Positions 39,635 through 50,130 of a stretch of DNA of 64,000 bases are shown here, in pieces (position 1 is the stretch's first letter; the number at the start of each line of letters is the position of its first letter). Position numbers and translations under genes: made by a program. Origin of the DNA: Treponemataceae bacterium (lineage in GTDB: Bacteria; Spirochaetota; Spirochaetia; Treponematales; Rectinemataceae); NCBI GenBank assembly GCA_963678065.2, contig CAXXVZ010000003.1, positions 960,001-1,024,000 on the forward strand, given 5' to 3'. A model generated the notes under the pieces. That model had not been told where the DNA came from, did not search any database, and was given only the letters and a program-made list of their open reading frames with translations.

Positions 39635-41162
39635 TGCTCTGAACGATGCCGATGAGCCCTCCGAGCACTCCGCCTATGACCGTTATCCAGACGAGCTCGT
39701 TGTTGACCACATCGAGGATCATCCTTTCGACTTCCTTTACGTCGAGTTCATCTATCCTTTCCACAACGATCTTGCGTATGTCGAGTCCGGCGATAATGTT
39801 CCCGGCCTCCTGACTGATGAGCTCGAGGACCTTGTCGGCGATGCCCGAAGAGAGCCGCGCCCTCCTCTCCGGATCAATCCCGAGGGCTTCACCGACGGTG
39901 GCGGCGCCGAGTTGCCGGGCAAGCTCTGTCCTGAAGGTCGAGAGCATCGGCGTGAGGACATCCTTTCCCTTCTCTGGAGAGGCAAGAGCCGAGGCGATGG
40001 TAGTCGCGACATCCTGCACGATTCTGTCGACGGGAAGTCCCAGATCGCCGACCAGGCCGGCCACGCTCAACTCCCGCCGCTCCATATATGCCCCGGTGAG
40101 TCGCGCTGCCACCTCGGCCCGGTGTTCCCGCAATGCTGACATGGCCGAGGCCAGAGCCTTCAGCGCAGCATCTTTCGGAACAATCGACGAAAAATCGAAA
40201 GAAGAACCCTTTTCTCCCTCACCCCTCAGGGATGAGGAGGCCTTGCCCGCGATGATGGCCGGCATCTCTTCCCTCCGGAGAATCCCGGATACAGCCTTGG
40301 AAAGATCGTCGATCGTGGCCGGCATGGCCTCCGAGACAGTCCTCTCGTAGTTGGCCGCCGTGGCCACTATCCTCTGGAGCGGATTGAGGCGCCCGACCGC
40401 TCTCCTGACGATGACGAAAGCTTGAGCCTCGAGTTGTCGCCGCGTCGCCGGCTCGTCCATGAATGACTCGATGACGGGGATGCATGCCTTGAACAGTCCC
40501 TCGGCGAGGACGCGCACAACAGGGTCGAGGACTTCAGGGGGAAGCATACGCTCCTTCTTCCCTTCCGGTTTCCCGTAGACAAGCGTCAGAATGCCGTCGA
40601 GAAATTTTTGGCCGGAAGCCTCGGCCTGAGAGCCTAGAAGGAAATCCATGAAGGAATCGATGCTTTCGGCTCCGACAAAAGAAGACAGCGGAAGTGCGCC
40701 GACTGTTTCGAGGAATTTCCGAAGGGCCGCGGCGAGGGCGATGGAAAAAGCCTCGGAGCCCGCGAGCGTTCTGAAGGCATGGCCGAGGGAAGACCCGATG
40801 ATGGTTTCCACTTCCCCCGCATGTTCCGAAGGTCTCACGACATCTGCGGCAGGGAGGTCCAGCCCTCGCCCGAGCAATCCTGAAACCGAAACACACAGGC
40901 CCTCGCGTATCGACGGATCATTCAGCCTTCGCCGCAGCACTTCCTCGGTGAGGAGCTCTTTTGCGACCGTGTCGCCCAGACTCACGGAAATGCGGTAGCG
41001 CTCGCGCGGCAGGATTCCCGGCGTGAAGGGTATCCTGATTCCGAGAAAGCGGACTTCCCGGAGGGGACGAAAAAGCATCTTGATCGCCAGCCAATTGGTA
41101 AAAAGCCCGATGATCGCCCCCACGAGGGGCGGAAAAACCCAGACGACAAAAAAATCCTTCAT
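39612..41162 (-). CDS. DUF445 family membrane protein
   Basis: GAIIGLFTNWLAIKMLFRP, PFTPGILP, EL.WI..IGGVLGGLIG. Confidence 0.88.
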   Translation of the reverse strand: MKDFFVVWVFPPLVGAIIGLFTNWLAIKMLFRPLREVRFLGIRIPFTPGILPRERYRISVSLGDTVAKELLTEEVLRRRLNDPSIREGLCVSVSGLLGRGLDLPAADVVRPSEHAGEVETIIGSSLGHAFRTLAGSEAFSIALAAALRKFLETVGALPLSSFVGAESIDSFMDFLLGSQAEASGQKFLDGILTLVYGKPEGKKERMLPPEVLDPVVRVLAEGLFKACIPVIESFMDEPATRRQLEAQAFVIVRRAVGRLNPLQRIVATAANYERTVSEAMPATIDDLSKAVSGILRREEMPAIIAGKASSSLRGEGEKGSSFDFSSIVPKDAALKALASAMSALREHRAEVAARLTGAYMERRELSVAGLVGDLGLPVDRIVQDVATTIASALASPEKGKDVLTPMLSTFRTELARQLGAATVGEALGIDPERRARLSSGIADKVLELISQEAGNIIAGLDIRKIVVERIDELDVKEVERMILDVVNNELVWITVIGGVLGGLIGIVQSIIYALGR

Positions 41163-41569
41163 TTCATACCTGCCGATGCTGTGAGTGCCTGTTCACGGTT
41201 CTTGAAGAACAGGATATCGGATTCCCTGAGCCAACCCGACCTCGAACCCTCCGAGAGCCTGTACCACATGGCTGTCGGATCTCCGCCCGAAGGATCGCGT
41301 TCGCTCCCGATCACCCGGAACACCTCTCCGCGGCGAGCGGTGGCAGTGTCGGGAGAGGCCGGGTCGTTCTTTTCCTTGAATCTCGCATAGGCGCCCGTCA
41401 CGACCGCCCAGCCCTGGGCTCCCGAGAGTATGGGTGTCTCGGGCAGCCTCAGCGTTCTGTCAGTCCCGAGACCGCAGCCCGCCAGGAACGCGATGGCTGA
41501 GAGGATGATGAAGACTCCAAAGACCGTCTGCGGAAAATCGGTCAGGGAGAAACCGGCGTTCTTGCGCAT
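41159..41569 (-). CDS. Small lipoprotein with SH3b-like domain
   Basis: Lipobox LAGC; RRGEVFRV..WYRL..GWL. Confidence 0.65.
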   Translation of the reverse strand: MRKNAGFSLTDFPQTVFGVFIILSAIAFLAGCGLGTDRTLRLPETPILSGAQGWAVVTGAYARFKEKNDPASPDTATARRGEVFRVIGSERDPSGGDPTAMWYRLSEGSRSGWLRESDILFFKNREQALTASAGMK

Positions 41570-41663
41570 GTGTGGAACTGCCTCTGTCAGAATGATGACC
41601 GGAAGGAAAACGGAAATCCGGTGGCTTGAATTTATCGGAAAACGTCGGCATTTTAAAGGCAGA

Positions 41664-42317
41664 TTGAAAAAGAATACTGTTATTTCAAGGAATTCGCTCA
41701 GTCTTCCTTGTTTCCGGTCAACACACTTCCTCGCTGTCTTCCTTGTGTTGATATCCGCGTCCATTCCGCGTCTCTCTGCCGAGTCCGCGACAGGGCAGGA
41801 CTCACCGCCTCCCTCCTTCTCCGTGCAGTCGGAAATCTCGGTGTCGCCCTACGCTCTCATCTCGGATTCGGAATACCTTCCCCCGCTTCTCCACTCAGGA
41901 CTTTCGGGCAAGGCCGGCCTTGAAGCCTGGCTACACGGCTCATGGGCCCTTCGCATTGAGGCCGCAGGATTTATGGTCAATCCTTCCGCCATAACCACCT
42001 CGGGCGAACTGTACCGGGGCTGGGAGGGCTATTCCGCGGGCCTGTTGGCAGGAGGCGGTTACGGCCTGGGAAAGGCCAGGCTGAGCATGCTCGCCGGCGC
42101 CGGGCTCACTGCGGCGCGGTACAAGGGCACAGCGCTGGTCTTCGCCTACCCTTCCATAAAGGCGAGACTCGGCCTCGACCTCTTCCACGAGAGCGGAATA
42201 TATCTGTCATTCGCTATCCCCGCGGAACTGCTCCTGCGGGGAGGGACGGTCGGATATTCTCTGGGAGCCGAGGTCGGAATCGGCTTCCGGACGGGCGCGA
42301 GGAGGATGGGCCGATGA
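41664..42317 (+). CDS. Putative outer-membrane beta-barrel protein
   Basis: Signal-like peptide (LSA|E); Gly/aromatic alternating strands; TTG start is inferred. Confidence 0.55.
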   Translation: MKKNTVISRNSLSLPCFRSTHFLAVFLVLISASIPRLSAESATGQDSPPPSFSVQSEISVSPYALISDSEYLPPLLHSGLSGKAGLEAWLHGSWALRIEAAGFMVNPSAITTSGELYRGWEGYSAGLLAGGGYGLGKARLSMLAGAGLTAARYKGTALVFAYPSIKARLGLDLFHESGIYLSFAIPAELLLRGGTVGYSLGAEVGIGFRTGARRMGR

Positions 42318-43228
42318 ACGGAACAAGAATCGCGAATCTCCGTGCCGAAGGAAGGTGGCGCTCCGTCGGTCCCGTGCATCGGGCGGCCTCGCTGATACTC
42401 TTCGCCCTTTCGGTGTTTTTCCTGTCGGCCTGCTCCCAGACAATCAGCTCGCCGCGGAAAGCGCTTGTGTTCGGGATAAACAATTATGCGACAGTCCGGC
42501 CCAACCTGAACTACTGCGTGGCCGACGCACAGTCCATGTCCGCGCTCCTTCTCTCCCGGGGTTTCGATTCCGCGGAAACGGGAACGGACGCGGGAGCGAC
42601 GAAGGCGGCGATACGCACCGCAATAACGACGGCCTCATCCGCGCCGGACTCGGTCCTCGTCCTCTATTTTTCCGGACATGGGGCCGTATACAGCGGGGCG
42701 TATTACATAATCCCCCAGGACGCTACCTGGGACACGAGCACATGGATCAGTCCGGAAGAGCTGGCTTCCTGGCTCAATGTTGCCAGCACGGACAAGATCA
42801 TCGTGATCCTCGACTCCTGCAATTCGGGCGGATTCATCGGCGATACGGGCGAGGCGGTCGACACTTCTCCCGCCAGCATCTCGGGAAATTCCGTTCCGGC
42901 CTTCCCGCTCTCGGCCATCACGCGCTTCGCCGACCTCCTCGGACGCAACGCCGCGGCTTCCGGGAAACCCGGACCGATCGTCATATCCGCCGCCGGTTCC
43001 GGCGAAGAATCGTGGGAATCCGGCATCTACGGCCACGGCGTATTCACCTATTATCTTCTTCAGGCCGCGAGTTCCGGCGACAGCGACAACGACGGGAACG
43101 TGACCGCCTCCGAAGCCTTCGCCTACGCGAGCGCTGCGATCAAATCGAAGTGGAATGTCAACTACACCCCCTTCCTCCCCCACATCTCGGGCGGATCGAG
43201 GGATCTCGTGCTGTTCAAGGCGAATTGA
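42314..43228 (+). CDS. Caspase-family (metacaspase, peptidase C14) lipoprotein
   Basis: ALVFGINNY..L..CVADA; dyad YFSGHG and LDSCNSG; HGVFTYYLL; lipobox LSAC. Confidence 0.88.
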   Translation: MNGTRIANLRAEGRWRSVGPVHRAASLILFALSVFFLSACSQTISSPRKALVFGINNYATVRPNLNYCVADAQSMSALLLSRGFDSAETGTDAGATKAAIRTAITTASSAPDSVLVLYFSGHGAVYSGAYYIIPQDATWDTSTWISPEELASWLNVASTDKIIVILDSCNSGGFIGDTGEAVDTSPASISGNSVPAFPLSAITRFADLLGRNAAASGKPGPIVISAAGSGEESWESGIYGHGVFTYYLLQAASSGDSDNDGNVTASEAFAYASAAIKSKWNVNYTPFLPHISGGSRDLVLFKAN

Positions 43229-43627
43229 TTCGCAGGCCCTCCCGCGGATCCCAGCGATCCAGGCACTCACGGGCTCCGCATCGAGGGGTGCGAGGGGATA
43301 AAGAGCCACATCCTCGGGGCTGATCCAGGCAAGGGCATCGTGGACAGGACCCGGCTGAGGATCGGAATCGAATACGACGGGAAAGACGACAAAGAGGAAA
43401 TCGCCCGAAGCGACGGCAATCCGATACTCGACTGCCTCGCCCATGGATCGCAGGCCGAGGTCCAGCTCTTCTCGCAGTTCCCTCCGGAGCGCCGGACCGA
43501 GATCTTCGCCCGGCTCGACCTTCCCTCCCGGCAACTCCCAGAGCCCCGCGTCCCGCAGTCCGGGAGCCCTGCGGGCAAGAAAAAGCCGCCCCCGCGATTG
43601 AGCGAGGGCGGCCACAACTGTTGTCAT
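42635..43627 (-). CDS. NUDIX hydrolase (MutT-like); reading frame runs antisense through the metacaspase gene
   Basis: Nudix box WELPGGKVEPGE..ALRRELREEL; domain ends near 43240 but the first in-frame stop is at 42635. Confidence 0.75.
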   Translation of the reverse strand: MTTVVAALAQSRGRLFLARRAPGLRDAGLWELPGGKVEPGEDLGPALRRELREELDLGLRSMGEAVEYRIAVASGDFLFVVFPVVFDSDPQPGPVHDALAWISPEDVALYPLAPLDAEPVSAWIAGIRGRACESIRLEQHEIPRSARDVGEEGGVVDIPLRFDRSARVGEGFGGGHVPVVVAVAGTRGLKKIIGEYAVAVDAGFPRFFAGTGGGYDDRSGFPGSRGVASEEVGEARDGREREGRNGISRDAGGRSVDRLARIADESARIAGVEDHDDLVRAGNIEPGSQLFRTDPCARVPGSVLGDYVIRPAVYGPMSGKIEDEDRVRRG

Positions 43628-43854
43628 GCTTCCAGGTAGGAACGGAGCAAGCCCACGAGCCTCTCGGCTTCCTCCCGCGTGAGCGTCACGCCCTTGCCCA
43701 TCCTGGAGTGGTCCGGCGACCATTCGCGGATGTCAAGCTTGGGCTCTCTCTCGTTCCAGGAAACCAGATTGAGCTCGCGCGTCCATCCGCCCGAGCCCCC
43801 GCCAAAAATGCCGATGCTCTTCGCGATATCGAACTTTATTTCCTTGTCAGCCAT
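43624..43854 (-). CDS. YdbC/PC4-like ssDNA-binding protein
   Basis: GWTRELNLVSWN..PKLDIREWSPDH.RMGKGVTL. Confidence 0.88.
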   Translation of the reverse strand: MADKEIKFDIAKSIGIFGGGSGGWTRELNLVSWNEREPKLDIREWSPDHSRMGKGVTLTREEAERLVGLLRSYLEA

Positions 43855-43864
43855 GTTTTATCTC

Positions 43865-44377
43865 CTACGACAGGTCGACGAAATCGTCCTTGCCCGAATG
43901 GGCGAATTCGGGGAAGAAATAGACGACGACGCCCGACGACCGTACCCTGAGCTCGGCCACTCCGGAGCCCACGAGCTTGTCCAGCAGCTTGCGCGCATCG
44001 TCGATGCTTATGTCGCTTTCCAGCGCCACTTCTCCGGGACTCACGATGCCGTTGTTCTCTTTGGCCACCCGGAGGACTGTCTTTTCTGGCCGCTCCGCTT
44101 CCTTAGGTCTGTCGTAGGACTGCGCGAGCCTGTAATTGCCCCCACCGGTCAGGGCATCGAGGTTCATCGCCGCTTCCACCGACACTCTTACATTCGCTTC
44201 TCTCACCTGCTTGGGCAGGGTGATGGCATCGTAGAGGCAGCCAACGCCCGCGAGTCCGCCCGTAAAAAGCCAGAGGAATCCCGTGCCGGTCTTGCCGAGA
44301 TAAAACCGGTGCAGGCCGAGGGCTCCACAGCCGGAAATGAGCCAGAGAATGTAGGCGACAGGCACGCTGTATCTCAA
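43865..44377 (-). CDS. TM2 (NINE) domain protein with C-terminal winged-helix-like domain
   Basis: [29 protein letters not shown]. Confidence 0.82.
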   Translation of the reverse strand: MRYSVPVAYILWLISGCGALGLHRFYLGKTGTGFLWLFTGGLAGVGCLYDAITLPKQVREANVRVSVEAAMNLDALTGGGNYRLAQSYDRPKEAERPEKTVLRVAKENNGIVSPGEVALESDISIDDARKLLDKLVGSGVAELRVRSSGVVVYFFPEFAHSGKDDFVDLS

Positions 44378-44532
44378 GGTAGTAGCCCTCCCGTTCGGGA
44401 CTATAATCTACCACGGCGCGAGGGTATTGGTGAAGGCCGAGCCCCGGAATCGGGGATTTGACCAGAATAATGTCTCCATGTTACATATACGCGCATATTC
44501 CTCCGATAAAATTCACGGGGAGACAATTTTTG

Positions 44533-45924
44533 ATGAAAAGACCAACCGTCAAAGAAATATTGAGATATGAGCCCGACGGCCGCACCCTGACCGTCAAGGG
44601 CTGGCTGCGCACGAAACGCGAGACGAAGGCCGCCGTTTTCCTCGAAGTGAACGATGGTTCATGCATGGCCAACCTTCAGTGTGTCCTCGACGGCTCCGCC
44701 GCCGCAAACTCGGCAGCGGAGCTTGCCCGCTGTTCAACGGGAGCGAGCGTCGCCGTGGAAGGAACCCTCGTCGGATCGCCTGCCGCGGGGCAGAAGGTCG
44801 AAATCCGTGCGACGGGAGTGAAGGTGATCGGCGAAGCCGATCCCGAGACCTATCCCTTGCAGAAAAAGGCCCATTCCATGGAGTTTCTGCGGGAAATCGC
44901 GCACCTTCGGCCCCGTACAAACACCTTCGGCGCCGTGGCACGTGTCCGCAACCGCATGGCCTTCGCGGTCCACAGCTTCTTCCAGAACCAGGGATTCCAG
45001 TACGTCCACACGCCTCTCATCACTGCCTCCGACTGCGAGGGTGCGGGCGCCATGTTCCAGGTCACCACTCTCGATCTCGGGCGGATCGCGCAATCCGGCA
45101 AACCCGTCGACTACGATGTGGACTTCTTCGGACGCCCCGCCTACCTGACCGTCTCCGGCCAGCTCAACGTCGAGACCTACTGCCAGGCTCTCGGCAGAGT
45201 CTACACCTTCGGACCGACCTTCAGGGCGGAAAACTCCAACACGACCCGCCACCTCTCCGAGTTCTGGATGATCGAGCCTGAAGTCGCCTTCGCGGACCTG
45301 TCGGACAACATGGACCTCGCCGAAGAATTCCTGAAAAACCTTGTCGGCACGGCCCTTTCCGACTGCGGTGAGGATCTCGAGTTCTTCGACAAGCGCATCC
45401 AGCCCGGCCTCCTCGCGGGCCTCTCCAAGGTTGCATCCTCCCCCTTCACGCGCATGACATACACCGAGGCGGTGAAGGAACTCGAAAAGAATCCCGGAGC
45501 CTTCGAGTTCAAACCCTACTGGGGCTGCGACCTTCAGAGCGAGCACGAGAAGTACCTGACGGAGAAAGTCGCTGGCGGCCCCGTCATCGTCACCGACTAC
45601 CCGAAGGAGATCAAATCCTTCTACATGAAACAGAACGAAGACGGAAAAACCGTGCGCGCCATGGACGTCCTCGTCCCCCGTTTCGGCGAAATCATCGGCG
45701 GATCGGAGCGCGAAGACAGGCTCGAGGTCCTGACCGGAAGGATCAGGGAGCTCGGGCTCTCCGAAAAAGATTACTGGTGGTACCTGGACCTGCGCCGCTT
45801 CGGCACCACTCCCCACGCCGGCTTCGGCCTGGGCTTTGAAAGGCTTCTCCTCTACGTGACGGGAATGGCCAATATCCGCGACGTAATACCCTTCCCGCGC
45901 GCCCCCAGGCTCGCCGATTTCTGA
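44533..45924 (+). CDS. asnS: Asparagine--tRNA ligase
   Basis: [47 protein letters not shown]. Confidence 0.97.
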   Translation: MKRPTVKEILRYEPDGRTLTVKGWLRTKRETKAAVFLEVNDGSCMANLQCVLDGSAAANSAAELARCSTGASVAVEGTLVGSPAAGQKVEIRATGVKVIGEADPETYPLQKKAHSMEFLREIAHLRPRTNTFGAVARVRNRMAFAVHSFFQNQGFQYVHTPLITASDCEGAGAMFQVTTLDLGRIAQSGKPVDYDVDFFGRPAYLTVSGQLNVETYCQALGRVYTFGPTFRAENSNTTRHLSEFWMIEPEVAFADLSDNMDLAEEFLKNLVGTALSDCGEDLEFFDKRIQPGLLAGLSKVASSPFTRMTYTEAVKELEKNPGAFEFKPYWGCDLQSEHEKYLTEKVAGGPVIVTDYPKEIKSFYMKQNEDGKTVRAMDVLVPRFGEIIGGSEREDRLEVLTGRIRELGLSEKDYWWYLDLRRFGTTPHAGFGLGFERLLLYVTGMANIRDVIPFPRAPRLADF

Positions 45925-45994
45925 TGCCGTCAGTGCGCCGATGGCGGCTTCCCGGTGGAGGCCGCCATCGGAATTCCAGGAGAACGACTCAACG

Positions 45995-47260
45995 ATGATA
46001 CGCCCTATACGCCTTTCGGCGACCCTACTGTTTCTTTTTGTCCTCTCGCTGGCCTCTCATGCCTCCGGCACCTCCACCCAATCGCAGAAAGGTGTCGGCC
46101 CCCTCAACGCGCGGGCCGCCGTCCTCATCGACGCCGCGACCGGGACGCTGCTCTACGCGAAGAACCCCAACCTCGTCCTCCCGCCCGCGAGTCTCACGAA
46201 ACTCGTCACCCTCCACCTCGTGATGGAGGAAATCCGGTACGGCAGATTGTCGGAGAGCGAGATCATAGACATCGACAAGAGAGACTGTTCCCCCTACATA
46301 CCCTATGGCTCATCGATCATGTACCTCCAGCCAGGCATGAAGGTGAGCGTGAAGGACCTCATGCTCGGGGCGGCCGTGGTCTCGGGCAACGATGCGGCCT
46401 TCGCCCTTGCCCGACGTGTGGCGGGATCCAACGAGGCCTTCGCCGAGAAGATGAACGCGACCATGAAGGAGATGGGCTTCAGGGACATGCACTTCGTCGA
46501 GCCTTCGGGGCTTTCAGAGCAGAACCTGGTGAGCGCCTACGAGTTCGCCCAATTCTGCCGGATCTACCTTCTTCGCCACCCGGATGTCATCGCCGAGCTG
46601 CATTCCGTCCCCTCGATCGCCTTTCCGAGACCCGAACACGCCGTCCCCGGATTCACTCCTCCGGGGAATACGATCCAGTACAACAAGAACACGATGCTCT
46701 TCAAATATGACGGATGCGACGGACTCAAGACAGGATACATAATCGAGGTGGGTTACAATCTCGCCGTGACTGCGCGCCGGGAAGGCACCCGCTTCATCGC
46801 CGTGACACTGGGCGGCATGAGCACGCCGAAGGCGAGCGGCATCACACACCGCACCGCGGACGGGACTGCCCTCCTCGACTGGGCCTTCGCCAACTTCGCG
46901 ACAGTTGCCCCCGACCCGGGCCCCGCGCCCGTGGTTCGGACCTGGTTCGGCCAATCGAAAACGGTGACGCTCCGCGCCTCCGACACCCTGGCCGTGACCG
47001 TCCCGGAGGAAAAACGCGCGTCGGTCAAAGTCGAAGTGAACGCGCCCGAGGCTATCGACGCCCCCGTCAAGGCCGGTCAGAAACTCGGCGAGGTGGTCTA
47101 CACCTCGGGGAACGAAGTGCTGCGCCGCGTCGATCTCGTAGCGGAAAACGATGTCACTGTCGCAGGTTTTTTCCAGAGACTGAAGGATACTTTCGCAAAA
47201 TTTTTCACGGGCCTCTTCAGGGCAAAAAACAGACCGGCCACAGCCACAGCCAAGGCCTGA
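45995..47260 (+). CDS. D-alanyl-D-alanine carboxypeptidase (PBP5/6, peptidase S11)
   Basis: Signal peptide; PASLTK, SGN and KTG motifs; PBP5 C-terminal domain. Confidence 0.92.
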   Translation: MIRPIRLSATLLFLFVLSLASHASGTSTQSQKGVGPLNARAAVLIDAATGTLLYAKNPNLVLPPASLTKLVTLHLVMEEIRYGRLSESEIIDIDKRDCSPYIPYGSSIMYLQPGMKVSVKDLMLGAAVVSGNDAAFALARRVAGSNEAFAEKMNATMKEMGFRDMHFVEPSGLSEQNLVSAYEFAQFCRIYLLRHPDVIAELHSVPSIAFPRPEHAVPGFTPPGNTIQYNKNTMLFKYDGCDGLKTGYIIEVGYNLAVTARREGTRFIAVTLGGMSTPKASGITHRTADGTALLDWAFANFATVAPDPGPAPVVRTWFGQSKTVTLRASDTLAVTVPEEKRASVKVEVNAPEAIDAPVKAGQKLGEVVYTSGNEVLRRVDLVAENDVTVAGFFQRLKDTFAKFFTGLFRAKNRPATATAKA

Positions 47261-47352
47261 AAGAGGCGACAGACGACAGGCAGTCGCTCCGATATCGCTG
47301 ACCGGGCCCCGTCTTGTCCTGTTCGCCTTGCTTTTCTATCCCATCTCCCGAT

Positions 47353-48225
47353 CTATCTCATCTCACGAGCGAGGCAGACCCTCTCTCCATCGTATTCGAT
47401 AAAACCCTCGGCGACGAGATCCCCGAGGGCGCTGTGCACCCTCTCTTCTGAAAACGGGAGTTCCCGTTCCAGGTCCCGGACAGGAAGCAGAGGCTTCGCC
47501 GACAGAAGGCGCAACACCTCGCCCCGCAGCCTCCGGTTGGAATCTGCGAAAGGGCTCTGTTTTACGTGCTTCGCGCTCTTCCGCGAGGGGTTGCCGAAAC
47601 GCCGCTTCAGCTCCACACCATAGTCCATGAGAGCGTAGTACCAGGTCCGTGGATCTTCCCTGTCCACGCTGGCCTGTACAAGCGGCTCCAGATCCCTGTC
47701 CGGTACTTTTTCCGAGTCAGGGAAGAAGTGGTGCAGGAATACGGCCCTCACATTGGTTTCGATAACCACCGATGGCACTCCGAAGGCGAATGCCGCCACC
47801 GCCGCCGCAGTGTAGGACCCGATCCCCGACAGCGAGCGGAGTTCTTCTTCGTCGCGGGGAACCTCGCCGCGGAAACGCAGGACGATTTCGCCGGCGGCCC
47901 GGACGAGAGCCAGGGCACGCCTGTTGTACCCCAGGCCACTCCACATGCGGAGAACCTCGTCGAGGGGTGCCGCGGCGAGGGATTCCGGATCGGGGAAGCG
48001 ATCCATCCAGGCGAGGTATTTCGGTTTTACCCTTTCGGTCTGGGTCTGCTGGAGCATGATTTCGGAGACGAGGATGGCCCAGGGATCGCGCGTCTCGCGC
48101 CAGGGCATCTCTCTCCGCTTGTCCGCGTACCACGACAGCACGATGCCCCGGAACCGCCTGACGGCCGGGGCATCGAATTTCTCTGGATCGAAGCGGAGCG
48201 AAAAATTATCCGTAGATGTGGACAT
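47353..48225 (-). CDS. mutY: A/G-specific adenine glycosylase (MutY-like, short form without Fe-S Cys motif)
   Basis: R.MPWR, LVSEIMLQQT, WSGLGYNRRA, HhH LSGIGSYTA. Confidence 0.85.
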   Translation of the reverse strand: MSTSTDNFSLRFDPEKFDAPAVRRFRGIVLSWYADKRREMPWRETRDPWAILVSEIMLQQTQTERVKPKYLAWMDRFPDPESLAAAPLDEVLRMWSGLGYNRRALALVRAAGEIVLRFRGEVPRDEEELRSLSGIGSYTAAAVAAFAFGVPSVVIETNVRAVFLHHFFPDSEKVPDRDLEPLVQASVDREDPRTWYYALMDYGVELKRRFGNPSRKSAKHVKQSPFADSNRRLRGEVLRLLSAKPLLPVRDLERELPFSEERVHSALGDLVAEGFIEYDGERVCLAREMR

Positions 48226-48802
48226 ACTCGTGGAGGAGTTCTTCGGCGCGCTCCTTGCAGCCGCCGCAGACGGTGCCGATCTTGGTCGCCTCCTGGAGCT
48301 GGCCCCAGTTTCTCGTCCCGGCCTTGACCGCTTCCTCGATGTCGTGGTCGGTTATCCCGAGGCAGGTACAGATCACGACGGCGTCCTCGCCCTTGAAGGC
48401 GCCTGAGCGGCCCGTCGCCTCGAGAAAAGAGTCGATGGCGGCGCGCAGTGCCTTGTCGCCGAGAACGGAGCAGTGGATCTTGTTGTCGGGCAGCCCCCCA
48501 AGCTTCTTGGCGATGTCCGCCGGCTTGATCGAGTATGCCTCGCGGATGCTCATGCCCTTCACGACCTCGGAGAGCATCGATGTCGAGGCGATAGCGCTCG
48601 CGCAGCCGTAGGTCTTCCACCTGAGGTCGACGATCCGGTCGTCGACGATCTTCAGCATGAACAGCATCTGGTCGCCGCATTTGACATTGCCTACTATGCC
48701 CTCGGCGTCAGCCTCGAACTTCTCGTCCGGATCGTATACATTTCGCGGATTGGTGAAGTGATCCTTGACCACATCCGAATAAAGCCACTTGAAAGCATCC
48801 AT
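48206..48802 (-). CDS. Fe-S scaffold IscU/NifU N-domain fused to a BFD-like [2Fe-2S] domain
   Basis: DHFTNPRN, CGD, GCASAIAS, KIHCS; C-terminal CTC...CGGC. Confidence 0.92.
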   Translation of the reverse strand: MDAFKWLYSDVVKDHFTNPRNVYDPDEKFEADAEGIVGNVKCGDQMLFMLKIVDDRIVDLRWKTYGCASAIASTSMLSEVVKGMSIREAYSIKPADIAKKLGGLPDNKIHCSVLGDKALRAAIDSFLEATGRSGAFKGEDAVVICTCLGITDHDIEEAVKAGTRNWGQLQEATKIGTVCGGCKERAEELLHEYVHIYG

Positions 48803-48883
48803 GGTGCTCGCTCCTCTGTATATATGGTCCTGTCTGGTCCCGCGAGGGACCCGGAACCCGGGGTCAGAATGGGCCTGCCGCTC

Positions 48884-50065
48884 TCAGTTGCCGGCGCCGG
48901 CGGAACTTATCGTGGAAAAACGTCTCAGTCGCTTGATGATGGGCGGAAGCTTCTCTATCACGTAGTCGACTTCTTCCTCGGTGGTGTTCCGCCCGAGGCT
49001 GAAGCGGATCGAGCCGTGGGCGAGCTCCGGACCGACCCCTGTCGCCATGAGGACGTGTGAGGGTTCGAGGCTGCCCGAGGCGCATGCCGATCCCGTCGAT
49101 ACCTCGATGCCTTCGAGGTCGAGGGAGAGGAGGATGGCCTCTCCCTCCGCTCCCGGGAAGGAGATGTTGAGGGTATTGGGCAGCACATCGGTCGGATGAC
49201 CGTTCACCGCGACGTCGGGGATGCCCGAGACGAGACCATCGCAAAGCCGCGTGCGGAGCCCGAGGAGTCTCTCGGAGAACTCGGGAAGATCGGCCTTGGC
49301 CAGTTTGGCCGCCACGCCGAATCCGTAGATGCCGAGGTTGTTGTAGGTCCCGGCCCTGACGCCGTTCTCCTGGTGTCCGCCCCGGATGAGTGGTTCCACG
49401 GGCACGCCCGGTCTCACATAGAGGGCGCCGATTCCTTTGGGGCCGTATATCTTGTGGCAGGAGAGGGTGAGATAGTCCACGCCCCATGCTTCCACGTCGA
49501 CGGGAATCTTGCCCGCGGCCTGGACTGCGTCGGTGTGGACCAGGGCTCCGACCCGCTTGGCGAGGGTCACGATGGCCTTCATGTCCTGTATGGTGCCGAT
49601 CTCATTGTTGGCTGTCATGACGGAGACGAGGAGGACGGAGGAATCGAGCTCGGCCCCGAAGCGGGCGAGGTCGATCTTCCCCTGCGGATCCACGGGGAGG
49701 AACACGACCGGGAAGCCTTCGTCGGCGAGACGCGTCGCGGCATTGAGGACGCAGGGGTGCTCGATGGCCGTGGTTATGATCTTGCGCCTGGGACCCTTGC
49801 GGCCGAGGTCGTACATGGTGTTGAACACCGTGTTGTTGGATTCGGAGCCGCCCGAGGTGAAATAGATGGACTCGGGGGAGCGTGCGCCGATAAGGGCCGC
49901 TACGCTGGCCCTCGCTTCCTCTATGCCGCTCCGCGCGCGCCGTCCCGCCTCGTGCATGCTCGAGGCATTCGCGTAGACATCCATGTCCTCGATCATGGCC
50001 TTTCGCACCTCGGGCCTGAGCGGTGTCGTGGCATTGTAGTCGAGATATACAAAGCGTTTTTCCAT
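48884..50065 (-). CDS. iscS: Cysteine desulfurase IscS/NifS
   Basis: YLDYNATTP, SCHKIYGPKG, STGSACASG; AGGAG before ATG 50065. Confidence 0.95.
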   Translation of the reverse strand: MEKRFVYLDYNATTPLRPEVRKAMIEDMDVYANASSMHEAGRRARSGIEEARASVAALIGARSPESIYFTSGGSESNNTVFNTMYDLGRKGPRRKIITTAIEHPCVLNAATRLADEGFPVVFLPVDPQGKIDLARFGAELDSSVLLVSVMTANNEIGTIQDMKAIVTLAKRVGALVHTDAVQAAGKIPVDVEAWGVDYLTLSCHKIYGPKGIGALYVRPGVPVEPLIRGGHQENGVRAGTYNNLGIYGFGVAAKLAKADLPEFSERLLGLRTRLCDGLVSGIPDVAVNGHPTDVLPNTLNISFPGAEGEAILLSLDLEGIEVSTGSACASGSLEPSHVLMATGVGPELAHGSIRFSLGRNTTEEEVDYVIEKLPPIIKRLRRFSTISSAGAGN

Positions 50066-50130
50066 GCGATATTCTCCTTTTCGTCCGGACCGCCGCCTCG
50101 TCCTCCCCGACGGAAGCCGGGGCGCGGCAC

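Noticed and set aside
47263..47330. Imperfect inverted repeat between the DD-carboxypeptidase gene and mutY
   Set aside because: Weak, interrupted pairing; at most an ordinary terminator between convergent genes
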